This document shows positions 39,353 to 49,373 of a stretch of 64,000 bases of DNA, piece by piece. Source of the DNA: a virus. Lineage: Duplodnaviria > Caudoviricetes. The stretch covers positions 64,001-128,000 of IMG/VR virus record IMGVR_UViG_3300029288_000066. The stretch is one strand, 5' to 3'. The position numbers and the translations under genes are program-made. Numbering within the stretch: the first letter of the stretch is position 1; each line of letters begins with the position of its first letter. A model generated the notes under the pieces. The model searched no databases, had not been told where the DNA came from, and worked only from the letters and a program-made list of their open reading frames with translations.

Positions 39353-40246
39353 TTAAAATATTAAACTCCCGTGGTCATCCCACCTCGAATATAATTTACA
39401 ATTTTCTCTCAGAATGAGATATTTATATGTGTCCTTTACTTCTTTTGACATACAGTCTTCATCAAGAACAACTCCCATCCCATTATAGCTATATTTGACC
39501 GCTCCAAATGGAAGAATTTCTAACGACTGTCCCTGAGATTTTATAAAGCTACCAATGTTTTCAAACCTATCTTCATTCATTCTGTTTTCTTCTATCCAAG
39601 TGTCAATATCCTTATGTTCATTTGTTTTGGAAGAATACAACTTTCTGAAAGTAACCTGGTCGGCGCCAAGGTCTGCTGCACGTCTCAACATCATAGCTGG
39701 GGCATCTTTATCATAAACATTTGTCATATTAAGCGACAAACGGAGGTTGAAATTGTTTTCTTTTATTCTTTTACATACATCTTCAATTTCAAAAAACAAT
39801 TCTGGACTTATTCCACAAATTTTAGCGTTGTTTGTATTGTCAAATATATCTGACAAGGATAATGAAATGGTAGTAACTCCAATCTTTTCTTTTAAAAAAA
39901 GAAGATTTTCGTTTGTTAGCATAACTCCAGATGTTTGAATCTCAACCCAAAGATATGGACTTGGCAATTCTTTGTTTATATTAGAAAAAAACGTGAGAAA
40001 CCTTCTGTTTTGCAACGCCTCTCCAGTTCCTGTTAACATTACAGTGTTACAATTGTTATCTCGTGAAAATTTTAACCTTTTATAAAATTGATTTCTGTAT
40101 TCATCAACAACTTCATCCCTATCTTCTATATTTCCCCATGTACGCAAACATGGATAATCGTTTTCGTGAAGCCTTGACACACAAAACTTGCATTTGTTAA
40201 CACAACCCTTTGTTGGCACGCATACTGATAAACTTTGTACATTCAT
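39353..40246 (-). CDS. Radical SAM protein
   Basis: CxxxCxxC (CVNKCKFC), LTGTGE. Confidence 0.88.
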   Translation of the reverse strand: MNVQSLSVCVPTKGCVNKCKFCVSRLHENDYPCLRTWGNIEDRDEVVDEYRNQFYKRLKFSRDNNCNTVMLTGTGEALQNRRFLTFFSNINKELPSPYLWVEIQTSGVMLTNENLLFLKEKIGVTTISLSLSDIFDNTNNAKICGISPELFFEIEDVCKRIKENNFNLRLSLNMTNVYDKDAPAMMLRRAADLGADQVTFRKLYSSKTNEHKDIDTWIEENRMNEDRFENIGSFIKSQGQSLEILPFGAVKYSYNGMGVVLDEDCMSKEVKDTYKYLILRENCKLYSRWDDHGSLIF

Positions 40247-40422
40247 TGTCTTTTATTTTTAATTCTTATACTAATTTATACGTTTTTTCAACAAAAAAGT
40301 TTCAAATCAAAAAATTTAAAAAATTTTTTTATATTTAATATTGAGCAACCTTTCCTTTGAATTGTATTTGGGGGTTGTTTTTTATTTTTATTTATTTAAA
40401 ACACCTAATTTATGAATTGACG

Positions 40423-40800
40423 ATGGAAAACAAATCTTTTGGACCTCATTTGACACTTGATTTAAGCAAGTGTAACAAAGACAGATTATCAGATTATAAT
40501 TTTGTTTTTAAACTCTTAAACGAGTTGCCCGAAATAATAGGAATGACGAAAATAATACAACCGTATGTGTTCCCATATAACGGTCTGGTGCCAGAAGATA
40601 AAGGAATAACGGGTATAGTAATTATAGCCGAAAGCCACATCTCAATTCACACATTCGAAGAAAAAGATTATGTTTTTATAGACGTGTTCTCTTGCAAGGG
40701 ATTTGACGTAGAAATTGCAAAGAAATACTTCGTGGAAGCATTCGAAGCAAAAGAAGCAACCATAAATGTTGTCGAAAGAGGATTGGACTTTCCTAGATAA
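40423..40800 (+). CDS. speD: S-adenosylmethionine decarboxylase proenzyme (short class)
   Basis: GPHLTLD, GITGIVIIAESHISIHT, DVFSC, ERG. Confidence 0.9.
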   Translation: MENKSFGPHLTLDLSKCNKDRLSDYNFVFKLLNELPEIIGMTKIIQPYVFPYNGLVPEDKGITGIVIIAESHISIHTFEEKDYVFIDVFSCKGFDVEIAKKYFVEAFEAKEATINVVERGLDFPR

Positions 40801-40803
40801 TTT

Positions 40804-41772
40804 TTAATATCCAAGAATATGAGCAAAAATCAAAGGAGCAACAATAGTTGCATCGCTTTCTATCCAATGTCTTGGAGTGTTTATTGATAGCTTTTGCCAT
40901 GTGATTTTTTCAGAAACTTGACAATTAGAAAATCCGCCAAAACTAGTGTGCCCATCTGTAATTTGGCAATAATAACTCCATTCTTGAACATTAATTTTTA
41001 AATCTTGTATTAATAATGGCACTAAAGTTTGACACGAATCGCCACTTATGCCTCCCCCAATCTGAAAAAATCCAATTCCTTGTCCATCACAATTTTTTTG
41101 ATACCAGTCGATAGTTGAAATCATATATTCCATTCCAGTTTTAAGAATTTCAATATTAATGTCTTTTCTAATGCATGCAGCCGCAAACATATTGCCAATT
41201 GTTGAATCTTCCCATCCAGCAACAACAATAGGCAAGTTTTTTTCAGCAGCAGCCACCACCCAAGAATTCTTTGGGTCAATCTGATAATATTGTGCAAGTT
41301 TTCCGCTAAGTATAAGCTCATAAAAGTATTCATGTGGGAACCTTCTTATCCCATTTTTTTTATCGTCTTTCCAAAGTTCCAACATGTGCGATTCAATTCT
41401 TCTAAAAGCTTCTTCTTCTGGAATACAAGTGTCTGATACACGGTTCATTTGTCTTTCAAGCAATGCCTTATCATCTTCTGGTGACAAATCTCTCCAATTT
41501 GGCACTCTCTCGTAAAAAATATGAGCCACCAAGTTAAAAACGTCTTCTTCGAGATTGGCACCAGTGCTGGAAATTGCATGCACCTTGTCCTGTCTAATCA
41601 TTTCTGCCAGCGTTTTTCCTATCTCAGCTGTACTCATTGCTCCAGCAAGAGAAATCATCATTTTTCCACCTTTTTTAAGATGCTCTTCATACCCTTTAGC
41701 TGCATCCACCAAAGCTGCAGCGTTAAAATGCAGAAAATTATCCTGCAAGAATTTTTTTACTTCTCCGTTCAT
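40804..41772 (-). CDS. Deoxyhypusine synthase-like protein
   Basis: LHFNAA, AGAMSTAE, TGANLEED, GWEDSTIG, IGGGISGD, EKITWQKL (catalytic Lys region), ESDATIVAP. Confidence 0.92.
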   Translation of the reverse strand: MNGEVKKFLQDNFLHFNAAALVDAAKGYEEHLKKGGKMMISLAGAMSTAEIGKTLAEMIRQDKVHAISSTGANLEEDVFNLVAHIFYERVPNWRDLSPEDDKALLERQMNRVSDTCIPEEEAFRRIESHMLELWKDDKKNGIRRFPHEYFYELILSGKLAQYYQIDPKNSWVVAAAEKNLPIVVAGWEDSTIGNMFAAACIRKDINIEILKTGMEYMISTIDWYQKNCDGQGIGFFQIGGGISGDSCQTLVPLLIQDLKINVQEWSYYCQITDGHTSFGGFSNCQVSEKITWQKLSINTPRHWIESDATIVAPLIFAHILGY

Positions 41773-41951
41773 GATTGTATTTTATTTTTTAATAAGGAAA
41801 TTTGTAATTTAAGCATTGCAATTTCAACTTGGAGAAGTGCTTCTTTCGTTTCAAAGGTCTCATCATTTTCACCAGACCTTATCATTACAGCTTCATCGTG
41901 TATCTCCTGACAAAAAGCTGGTCTTAATAATCTTTCTTTAATTTCGCTCAT
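41769..41951 (-). CDS. Small hypothetical protein
   Basis: Start MSEIKERLL after TAnnTTTG at 41971. Confidence 0.55.
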   Translation of the reverse strand: MSEIKERLLRPAFCQEIHDEAVMIRSGENDETFETKEALLQVEIAMLKLQISLLKNKIQS

Positions 41952-42001
41952 AAGTATAAGTTTTAGAATGCAAATATAATAATTATTTTTTAGAAACAAA
42001 A

Positions 42002-45000
42002 TTACATTTTCATCCCAGTAATATAAATAAATTTATCTCTACGTTCAATTTTTCCAACGATTTTGAATCCAGCTTCGGTAATTAAATTAGCAAGCTCTTC
42101 TTCTGAACCTTCTTCTTCATATTTCTTTGCAGTTTCTGCAATATGAATTACACCACCAAAAGCTAATACACGGTAGGCCTCTGTAATATATTCCTTGTAG
42201 TTGGTTCCCCACAGTGCCAAACTGAATACGGCAACATCTACACTTTCGCTCTCCAAATGTGCACTTACATCTTTAATGTCGCAAGCAATAACAGAATCGT
42301 CACAAGCTATGTGGTCAAAAGCAAATACCTGATTGTTTGGTATGCAATGACGCATTTTGTTTTCTCCGCAACCAAAGTCAGCAACAATAGACCTTCGGTT
42401 CTTAATTTTTGTGGCAATATATTCATAAGGAATTTCATTCCACTCCTTCATGCTCTCATTACGTAATGCATGATAATGGAACCAAGAGTCTGGATTGTCA
42501 GCAAATTCGTTGTGCATTGTGGTAGAATGTAATGTTTTTCCACGTCTGTTGAATTCTGACAATTCTGAATTAATTCTATGTCTGCGTTCTTCACCTTCAA
42601 TTATTTCAGGATAAAGATTAATTTGTGTAGCACTTCTTTCTTCCCCAATAATTTGTCCTTGATTAATTCTGTCTTTCCAAAGTTGGAGTGATTTCTGCGA
42701 CTTTTTAAACATTGTGCCTGCTGTTGGCATAATTCTAGAAGGAATAATTCCATCGACAGCGGCATCGGCCAACGTCTTTTTATTTTTAATTAAATTAAGT
42801 CTTTGAATGTCCCATGACCAAATTTCTCCTTCTCCCAGCTCTACTTTAACTTGAGGAATAATAAATTCTACATTATCAAAAATTGAGCCCTGGCGAAAAA
42901 TTCTTCCCTTTAGCTGAGTGTATTCAGAATCAGTCCAAGGAAGCGTAATTAAAATCATTCTATCGCAAATTTCCTGAAGACCATCAACGCCAGTACCAAT
43001 GGGTTTGGAGCCAATAAGAACATCAATATTCCCATCAACAAAATCTGCTAAATTTTGGTCTCTAAAGTAAGGAGACTCGTCCCCTGTGTATGTCGCAGTT
43101 GTAAATCCAAGTGACTGAACAAATTCTTCAATTCGTTCTACAATTCCTGTGGTAAAATAAGTATAGATAATAACGCCTTTGCGAATATAATTGGCTATCA
43201 TCCTAAACTTTTCATCCAATAACATTTTCTCAACATCAACGTATTCACTTGGTCGAAGTGCTAACAAATCATCTAACAAATAATTCGCAGTAGCACTAAG
43301 ATTCGTCATGTTCTGACCAGTTAATTCGTTGACGCCAATGTCATATTTGGGAATAAATCTCAACCCATTAAGAATTAATTGTCTGAAAATGTTAAGGGCA
43401 TTTGCAAGACTTTTTCTTGTTTCCAAATCTTCATACTCAAGTCCAGTCATAAGATTAAGAAGCGATTTCGCTTCAAAAAGATTATTAATTACTGGTGTTG
43501 CAGACATAACCAACGTATAGAAACTTGCGTTTGTTTCTCTAATTCTCCCAAGAAGTCTGTTTAAGACAATTCTCCTCAATGTCTCATTGTTATCGTCACG
43601 TTGTTTTGAGTTATGAACTTCATCAATGACAACAAAGTCAACCTGATTATTGTTTGTCAAGGATTGACACATTTCTTCAGAATATCCTTGCTGAAATTTT
43701 TCATAATTAAGAATGAGATAATTATGTCTGCTTCTATCAAAAATATAATTATCTTTATATTCAGTAAAAACCAAACTATCTGGATATACATTCTTAATTG
43801 CTTTGCAAGTCTGCTTAATTGTAGAATTAAGAGCAACAACAAGTGTTAAGGCAGCATCAATTTCTCTGCTGGCAATAATAAATGACAAAGTTTTCCCTGC
43901 ACCTGTCCCCGACCAGTTTCCATAAGACTTGTTTTTGAGCAACCTCTGAACTGTTAATTTCTGCATTAAGTTTGGTTCATGCTCAAAAGAATATCCAGCT
44001 GGTACGGTATAATTTACAACCTTATTGTACTCTTCAAAGAATAAATTTTTGATTGTTGTGAAATACGTTCCACCAATTTCATCTCTTAATGTTTCTACAT
44101 AACCAATATCATTTAGAACTTGGTTCCATAATTTACGCAATTTGTACTGTACAAGACTCTCTATTGCCTCTTCGTCCATTGTGGCATATAAAGAGTTGTC
44201 AAGAGAGTGTAAATCGGCTATGGGGTTAATTTGAGGCAATTTTGTTTCATCAATTGCGCTTACTGATGTGATTTCTTCGTCAACATCATCCACTTCAATA
44301 AAATCTTCATCCTCATTATTAATAACTTCGTCAACATCTTCAACAGAAATAATGCTATTTGCATCTGGAGAAGTTTCATTTGATTCATCTTCAAGACGCT
44401 CTCTCAACTCTTGCAAGGTGGCAATACGCTCATCAGTATCAGCTTCAGTGTTAATTAAAGGACGAAAATCAATTGGCAAGTTTCCCTGACCTATGATAAT
44501 TGATAATTCAATTGGGTCCATTGTAAGAAGGTCTGAAGACTCAAGAGAGTTTAATAAAGAAAGCTTGTGAGATTTTCTCCATCCATGATTGCATATTGAA
44601 CAACCTTGCCCCTGCAAGTGATTTGCTGGAATCTGTTCAAACATTCCATGAATTGGGCAAATAATTTTAACTTTAGTATCTGTATTTACATACTCTGCCA
44701 AAGAATAATCATATTTGTCTCCGTGAACCTTTTTGGCCTTATTAAGAAATTCTTCTCGTGAAAGTTTATAAAATCCACTACACCTTGGACAACCTTGACT
44801 TTTTAAGTGAACACTTGGCCTTTGTTCAAATTCACCATGAACTGGACATATAATTTTAATGTTAGTGTCAGTGTTTACATATTTTACTAATGAATAATCA
44901 TAATTATCTCCGTGGATTTGTTTAGCTTTCTTAATAAATTCACCATTTGTTAATTTTATATTTCCTGCACATTTCCCGCACCCATTCCCCATTAAATGAT

Positions 45001-45745
45001 TGCTTGGGACTTGTTCAAACTCTCCGTGTTTTGGACAAATTATTTTTACTTTTGTGCCTGAATTCTTACACTCAACCAATGAATAATCATATTTATTTCC
45101 GTGTATACCTTTAGCCTTTTGAATAAATTCTTCTGTTGTTAAAATCGTATTGCCCGCACACTTTTGACATCCATTACCAGCAATATGAGAGCCTGGCGTT
45201 TGTTCAAATTCATAATTACATTGACGGCATTTAATTTTTACCTTTGTGTTGGCATTGACATATTCTACACTACTGTAATCAAATTTATCTCCGTGAATAT
45301 CCTTGGACTTTTGGACAAACTCTATTAATGTTTGTTTTTGAGCACTATTTGTTTTATCTCTCCCACAAATAGGACATCCAGACCCAAATAGGTGTGAGTA
45401 GGGTGATTGTTCAAATTCATTATTATGTTTTACACATTTAACAACAACTTTGTTTTTACAACCTACATATTTAACCTTTGAATAATCATATTTGTCACCG
45501 TGAATAGCTTTAGCTTTTTGAATAAACGTTTCTGTTGTCAAAGCTACATTGCCCGCACATCTTGGGCAATCTGATTTTTTATCAATATGAGATTTTTTTG
45601 TTTGTTCAAAAATGCCGTGAACATAACACTGAATTTTAACGGGCGTTGTTGTGTTTACATACTCCACCAAAGAATAATCATACTTATCACCGTGAATAGC
45701 TTTTGCTTTCTGGATAAAAGACTCCGTTGTCATTTTCGTTGCCAT
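42002..45745 (-). CDS. Fusion: six Zn-binding DUF723-like repeats + SF2 helicase/ATPase + Rrp8-like SAM methyltransferase
   Basis: Six FIxKAKxIHGDKYDYS..CPxHGxFEQ..GCxxC repeats; GTGAGKT, DEVH, SATP, GTGVDGLQ, QLKGRIFR; ADFGCGE, DVAVFSLALWGTN, EAYRVL..GG.IHIAE. Confidence 0.85.
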   Translation of the reverse strand: MATKMTTESFIQKAKAIHGDKYDYSLVEYVNTTTPVKIQCYVHGIFEQTKKSHIDKKSDCPRCAGNVALTTETFIQKAKAIHGDKYDYSKVKYVGCKNKVVVKCVKHNNEFEQSPYSHLFGSGCPICGRDKTNSAQKQTLIEFVQKSKDIHGDKFDYSSVEYVNANTKVKIKCRQCNYEFEQTPGSHIAGNGCQKCAGNTILTTEEFIQKAKGIHGNKYDYSLVECKNSGTKVKIICPKHGEFEQVPSNHLMGNGCGKCAGNIKLTNGEFIKKAKQIHGDNYDYSLVKYVNTDTNIKIICPVHGEFEQRPSVHLKSQGCPRCSGFYKLSREEFLNKAKKVHGDKYDYSLAEYVNTDTKVKIICPIHGMFEQIPANHLQGQGCSICNHGWRKSHKLSLLNSLESSDLLTMDPIELSIIIGQGNLPIDFRPLINTEADTDERIATLQELRERLEDESNETSPDANSIISVEDVDEVINNEDEDFIEVDDVDEEITSVSAIDETKLPQINPIADLHSLDNSLYATMDEEAIESLVQYKLRKLWNQVLNDIGYVETLRDEIGGTYFTTIKNLFFEEYNKVVNYTVPAGYSFEHEPNLMQKLTVQRLLKNKSYGNWSGTGAGKTLSFIIASREIDAALTLVVALNSTIKQTCKAIKNVYPDSLVFTEYKDNYIFDRSRHNYLILNYEKFQQGYSEEMCQSLTNNNQVDFVVIDEVHNSKQRDDNNETLRRIVLNRLLGRIRETNASFYTLVMSATPVINNLFEAKSLLNLMTGLEYEDLETRKSLANALNIFRQLILNGLRFIPKYDIGVNELTGQNMTNLSATANYLLDDLLALRPSEYVDVEKMLLDEKFRMIANYIRKGVIIYTYFTTGIVERIEEFVQSLGFTTATYTGDESPYFRDQNLADFVDGNIDVLIGSKPIGTGVDGLQEICDRMILITLPWTDSEYTQLKGRIFRQGSIFDNVEFIIPQVKVELGEGEIWSWDIQRLNLIKNKKTLADAAVDGIIPSRIMPTAGTMFKKSQKSLQLWKDRINQGQIIGEERSATQINLYPEIIEGEERRHRINSELSEFNRRGKTLHSTTMHNEFADNPDSWFHYHALRNESMKEWNEIPYEYIATKIKNRRSIVADFGCGENKMRHCIPNNQVFAFDHIACDDSVIACDIKDVSAHLESESVDVAVFSLALWGTNYKEYITEAYRVLAFGGVIHIAETAKKYEEEGSEEELANLITEAGFKIVGKIERRDKFIYITGMKM

Positions 45746-46032
45746 AATGTCTTCGTTTTGTTTCTATTATATTATACGAAAAAAACGGAGAAAAGTTACT
45801 TCTTTTCTACCTTTTGTTCATCGCCCACTTTTGGCTTGTCACTTTCCTTTGTTTCTTTTTTAATACGGTTAATATCTTTTCTTACTGGTTCGCTTGGATT
45901 TTGAGTGGTTGTCTTTGTGAATTCTTCTTTTTTAGTTATTTCATTCATAATGCTTTATTTTAAATCAAAAACTGAATTGTTCTCGACTGCTCAAATATAC
46001 TTAAAAATTAAAAATTTTTCAATCTTTTTTTA

Positions 46033-46386
46033 TTAATTCCAATTAAAATGATTCAACCATTCCTCACGCAATGAATCTGGAACTTTTAACCAATTATTCT
46101 TCTCACAAATTTTACCTTCTTCTCCAAAGGTTGGAATAAAACTGATATGAACCTCTTTCTCAAAATCCTCAAAACAATATTTTATTGATAATGCTCCAAT
46201 TTTGTTAAATTCCAAATTTGAAATTTTTACTTGTAAATTTAATTTCTCGAAAAAATATTCTTGTAATTTATTCTTTAAAACCACCATTTCAAACCTGTCT
46301 TTGTCTGGGTCGTATTCTATTGGGCTTTCTTCAAAAAAGTCATTCATTATTTCTACGAGCTTTTGTTCTTTTTCCCCAGTTTCCAT
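46033..46386 (-). CDS. Hypothetical protein
   Basis: TATATTTG upstream. Confidence 0.6.
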   Translation of the reverse strand: METGEKEQKLVEIMNDFFEESPIEYDPDKDRFEMVVLKNKLQEYFFEKLNLQVKISNLEFNKIGALSIKYCFEDFEKEVHISFIPTFGEEGKICEKNNWLKVPDSLREEWLNHFNWN

Positions 46387-46492
46387 AAATACAGTTATTT
46401 AATTTGACACAAATATATAAAAAAGTTTCCAAGAAAAGAAATTTTTGTTTTTTAACTGTAATTTTCCTATATTTACTAAAAAATCAAAGTTT

Positions 46493-46633
46493 ATGGCAAG
46501 AGAAAAGAAAAAAACAAAGGAAATAACAATATCTGTATCTGCAAAAGTTTTTAATGAATTAGAAGAAAAAAAATACAACAAAAACAAGTTAATTGTCAGT
46601 TTATTAGAAAAATATTTGTCAGAAAACAAATAA
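46493..46633 (+). CDS. Small RHH-like protein
   Basis: MAREKKKTKEITISVSAKVFNELEEKKYNKNKLIVSLLEKYL; paralog of 907-1044. Confidence 0.7.
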   Translation: MAREKKKTKEITISVSAKVFNELEEKKYNKNKLIVSLLEKYLSENK

Positions 46634-46701
46634 ATTTTTAGCTATTTAGCTAATTTTATTTTTTTTACCTATTTATAAGAAACAATTAAAACTTATAAGC
46701 C

Positions 46702-46857
46702 ATGGGAAGAAAAAAAATATCACCAGAGAATAAAGTGAAAACCTTAAAAGTCTACATTCCAGAAGAGCTCTACAAAAAACTGGAAGAAAAAGACATTAAA
46801 AACAAGTCTAAGCTTTTTAATTGGCTTTTGGAACAACATTTTGGTTTCACTGAATAA
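46702..46857 (+). CDS. Small RHH-like protein, 51 aa
   Basis: MGRKKISPENKVKTLKVYIPEELYKKLEEKDIKNKSKLFNWLLEQHF; paralog of 669-839; not in the ORF track. Confidence 0.75.
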   Translation: MGRKKISPENKVKTLKVYIPEELYKKLEEKDIKNKSKLFNWLLEQHFGFTE

Positions 46858-46867
46858 TCTTAACTGT

Positions 46868-47704
46868 ATGGAAAGCGAAGTTATAATAAGAAAATGTGGC
46901 GTATGTCGCATACCAAAGCCGTTAAGCGAATTTGGCAAAAATAAAGCTATGAAATATGGCCATAGATATGTTTGCATTGAATGCAGGCGAAATAAAGTTG
47001 TTAGAGTTAAAGAAATAATTCCAGATGGTTTTAAAAAATGTGGGTTCTGCAAAGACATTAAAGAGATTTCTGAATTTAACGTAGACAAACACACAAAAAC
47101 GGGATTTGCTTCTTATTGTAAAGAGTGCAACAAAGGAAAACTGTTTGTAAAATACAGAAAAACTCATGTTTTAAAAGTTAAAGAAATTTTGCCAGAAGGA
47201 TTAAAACGTTGTAGTAAGTGTAAGGATGTAAAATTAAAAGAAGACTTTGGTATAAATAAAAATACAAATGATGGATTGAGATATTATTGTAAATCGTGTA
47301 GAAATAAAGATTACGATAAAGAAAAAAGACGTAAGTATATTAATAAATGGTCTAATGAATATAACAAAAAAAATCCACACATAATGGCTTGGAGAAACCT
47401 GCTAAAACACTCATTAGAACGTCTTGGGAAGAAAAAAGAAGATTACACATCAAAACTGCTTGGTTATTCTGCTATTGATTTGAAAAGATATATAGAGGAT
47501 TTATTTACGGATGGAATGTCTTGGGATAACTATGGAGAATGGCACATAGACCACAAAAAGGCAGTTTCTAAGTTCAACAAGGACACACATCCTTCTATCG
47601 TTAATTCATTGAGTAATTTGCAACCACTTTGGGCTACAAGTAGGTGGATAAATGGAGTTTTTTATCTGGGAAATCTAAATAAAAACAATAGAGATATCAT
47701 TTAA
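46868..47704 (+). CDS. HNH endonuclease with three Zn-ribbon repeats
   Basis: Three CxxC..CxxC repeats; LLGYS..GMSWDNYGEWHIDH..NLQPLW. Confidence 0.8.
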   Translation: MESEVIIRKCGVCRIPKPLSEFGKNKAMKYGHRYVCIECRRNKVVRVKEIIPDGFKKCGFCKDIKEISEFNVDKHTKTGFASYCKECNKGKLFVKYRKTHVLKVKEILPEGLKRCSKCKDVKLKEDFGINKNTNDGLRYYCKSCRNKDYDKEKRRKYINKWSNEYNKKNPHIMAWRNLLKHSLERLGKKKEDYTSKLLGYSAIDLKRYIEDLFTDGMSWDNYGEWHIDHKKAVSKFNKDTHPSIVNSLSNLQPLWATSRWINGVFYLGNLNKNNRDII

Positions 47705-48089
47705 CCACTTCGCTTTTATATAAACCCATTTCTTCAAGCATTTTATCAACCTTTTCCCAATCTATAAAAGGCCTTGGATGCAATTCTGGGTCGAACTTAA
47801 GAGGGACGCCCAGGGCAGCATCATCAATAATTAATTGGCCATAAGCTTTTGGACTTTTCGTCCAAGTGTGTTGGTCGGGGTTCTTTTGGATTCCGTATAA
47901 TGGGATTTCATTATCATTAAACCACTTAACCGCAGCGTCTAAAAATTCATCACTTCTCATTGTAAACAAAATGAGATTATGCCCGTTTTTAATAAGTTTT
48001 TTTAAAATTGGTACAGCACCAATATCCCCTCCAATCTCAGGGAAGCTATGCAACACTACAGTCCCGTCATAATCCAAAATTATATCCAT
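47697..48089 (-). CDS. HAD-superfamily phosphatase-like protein
   Basis: ILDYDGTV, LILFTMR, KAYGQLIIDD. Confidence 0.8.
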   Translation of the reverse strand: MDIILDYDGTVVLHSFPEIGGDIGAVPILKKLIKNGHNLILFTMRSDEFLDAAVKWFNDNEIPLYGIQKNPDQHTWTKSPKAYGQLIIDDAALGVPLKFDPELHPRPFIDWEKVDKMLEEMGLYKSEVVK

Positions 48090-48090
48090 A

Positions 48091-48432
48091 TTATATTTCT
48101 CTTTTTAATATCAAGATTTGTTTCTTTGATGTTTTAAGAAATATAAAGTTTTTCAAGAACAATGTCAAATTATTTTCGATGTTTGTGTCAAATAAATTTT
48201 CAAACCCAAAAATATGTATTTTAAGAGCCCAATCTTTATTTGATATGATTCCAAAGAGAAAGTCTCCAACATCAATAGTTTCCACTTTCCCAGATACAAT
48301 AGAACAATTAATATCGACATCTTCGGAAATACTTTCTCCGTTGATGGACATCTGCTTGTTTTTAAATCTAGCCTTTATATCTTGGCTAAACAGACCCTGC
48401 TGTTTTAATATTTCTGATAATTTGATTAGCAT
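48091..48432 (-). CDS. Hypothetical protein
   Basis: ECF-type promoter at 48440. Confidence 0.65.
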   Translation of the reverse strand: MLIKLSEILKQQGLFSQDIKARFKNKQMSINGESISEDVDINCSIVSGKVETIDVGDFLFGIISNKDWALKIHIFGFENLFDTNIENNLTLFLKNFIFLKTSKKQILILKREI

Positions 48433-48487
48433 ATACACTTATACGGAAAAACACGAAAAAAGTTCATATTTATAAAAAAATATTATT

Positions 48488-48760
48488 ATGAAAGAATTTT
48501 TAGAAAACTACAAGAAAAAAGACTGCAAAACATGGATTGGAAGTATGATACAAATTCTTGTTTTTAACAACCTGGCTAGATTAGGATTTTTTTCTCTTTT
48601 AACAATAATCGGCGGAATTGGAATTGGCATTTTTCAAAGCATTGCAACAATATGGGTTGTTTTATTTTTCTCTGGACTTGTTTATCTTGCAATATTCATT
48701 TTAGTTGCAATTGCTTTTGCATGGATTATAAACCCCATTAGAAGTTTGAAAAATAAATGA
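48488..48760 (+). CDS. Small membrane protein
   Basis: Two to three TM segments; TATTTATA at 48467. Confidence 0.65.
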   Translation: MKEFLENYKKKDCKTWIGSMIQILVFNNLARLGFFSLLTIIGGIGIGIFQSIATIWVVLFFSGLVYLAIFILVAIAFAWIINPIRSLKNK

Positions 48761-49182
48761 TGACTTTTATTTTTATTGTTATTTTGTTAATCGCCGCTGC
48801 AATAAGTGACGCAGCTATGGATACCATAGAATTTCACTTTGAGAGGTCTATATTCTCTGGCTTAAAAAAATGGGACAATTGGTTTAATCCTGCAGTGAGC
48901 TGGAAAAACAAATATAAGAATCATGACCCCCTACAAGGACCAGCGTTCTTTGGAAGTACGACGTTTCTTATTTGGACAACCGATGCCTGGCATTTTTTCC
49001 AAATGCTAATGCTAACCAGCTTTCAAGTTGCTATAATACTTGGAATAAATTATATATTTTTTCAAGGATTTTACTTTTGGAAAATATTGCTGATAGACAT
49101 TGGAATGTTATCAATAGCAAAGCTTCTTTATGGAACAATATTCGAAGCGTTTTGGAGAAAGATTTTTGTTAAGAAGAAATAA
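48757..49182 (+). CDS. Membrane protein
   Basis: AAMD..SWKNKY..FFGSTT..TDAWHFF; ATGA-coupled to the upstream gene. Confidence 0.7.
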   Translation: MMTFIFIVILLIAAAISDAAMDTIEFHFERSIFSGLKKWDNWFNPAVSWKNKYKNHDPLQGPAFFGSTTFLIWTTDAWHFFQMLMLTSFQVAIILGINYIFFQGFYFWKILLIDIGMLSIAKLLYGTIFEAFWRKIFVKKK

Positions 49183-49373
49183 AACTCATCAAGCAGAATG
49201 GACTTCTCTTGTTTCTGCTTTCGCATCCTTAAGATTATATTTCTTAGACACGGCCAATGTTTCTTTTCTGAAAAAAACACTAAGTAATTTTAATTTTAAT
49301 TTAGAACAAAATCCTAACTTTTTCATTTTTAATAGTATTTGTTATTAGTTTATACGAAATTTTTACGAAAAAG

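Noticed and set aside
40340-40400. SAM riboswitch upstream of speD
   Set aside because: Only a weak CAACC/GGTTG stem is present; no SAM riboswitch consensus was recognisable.
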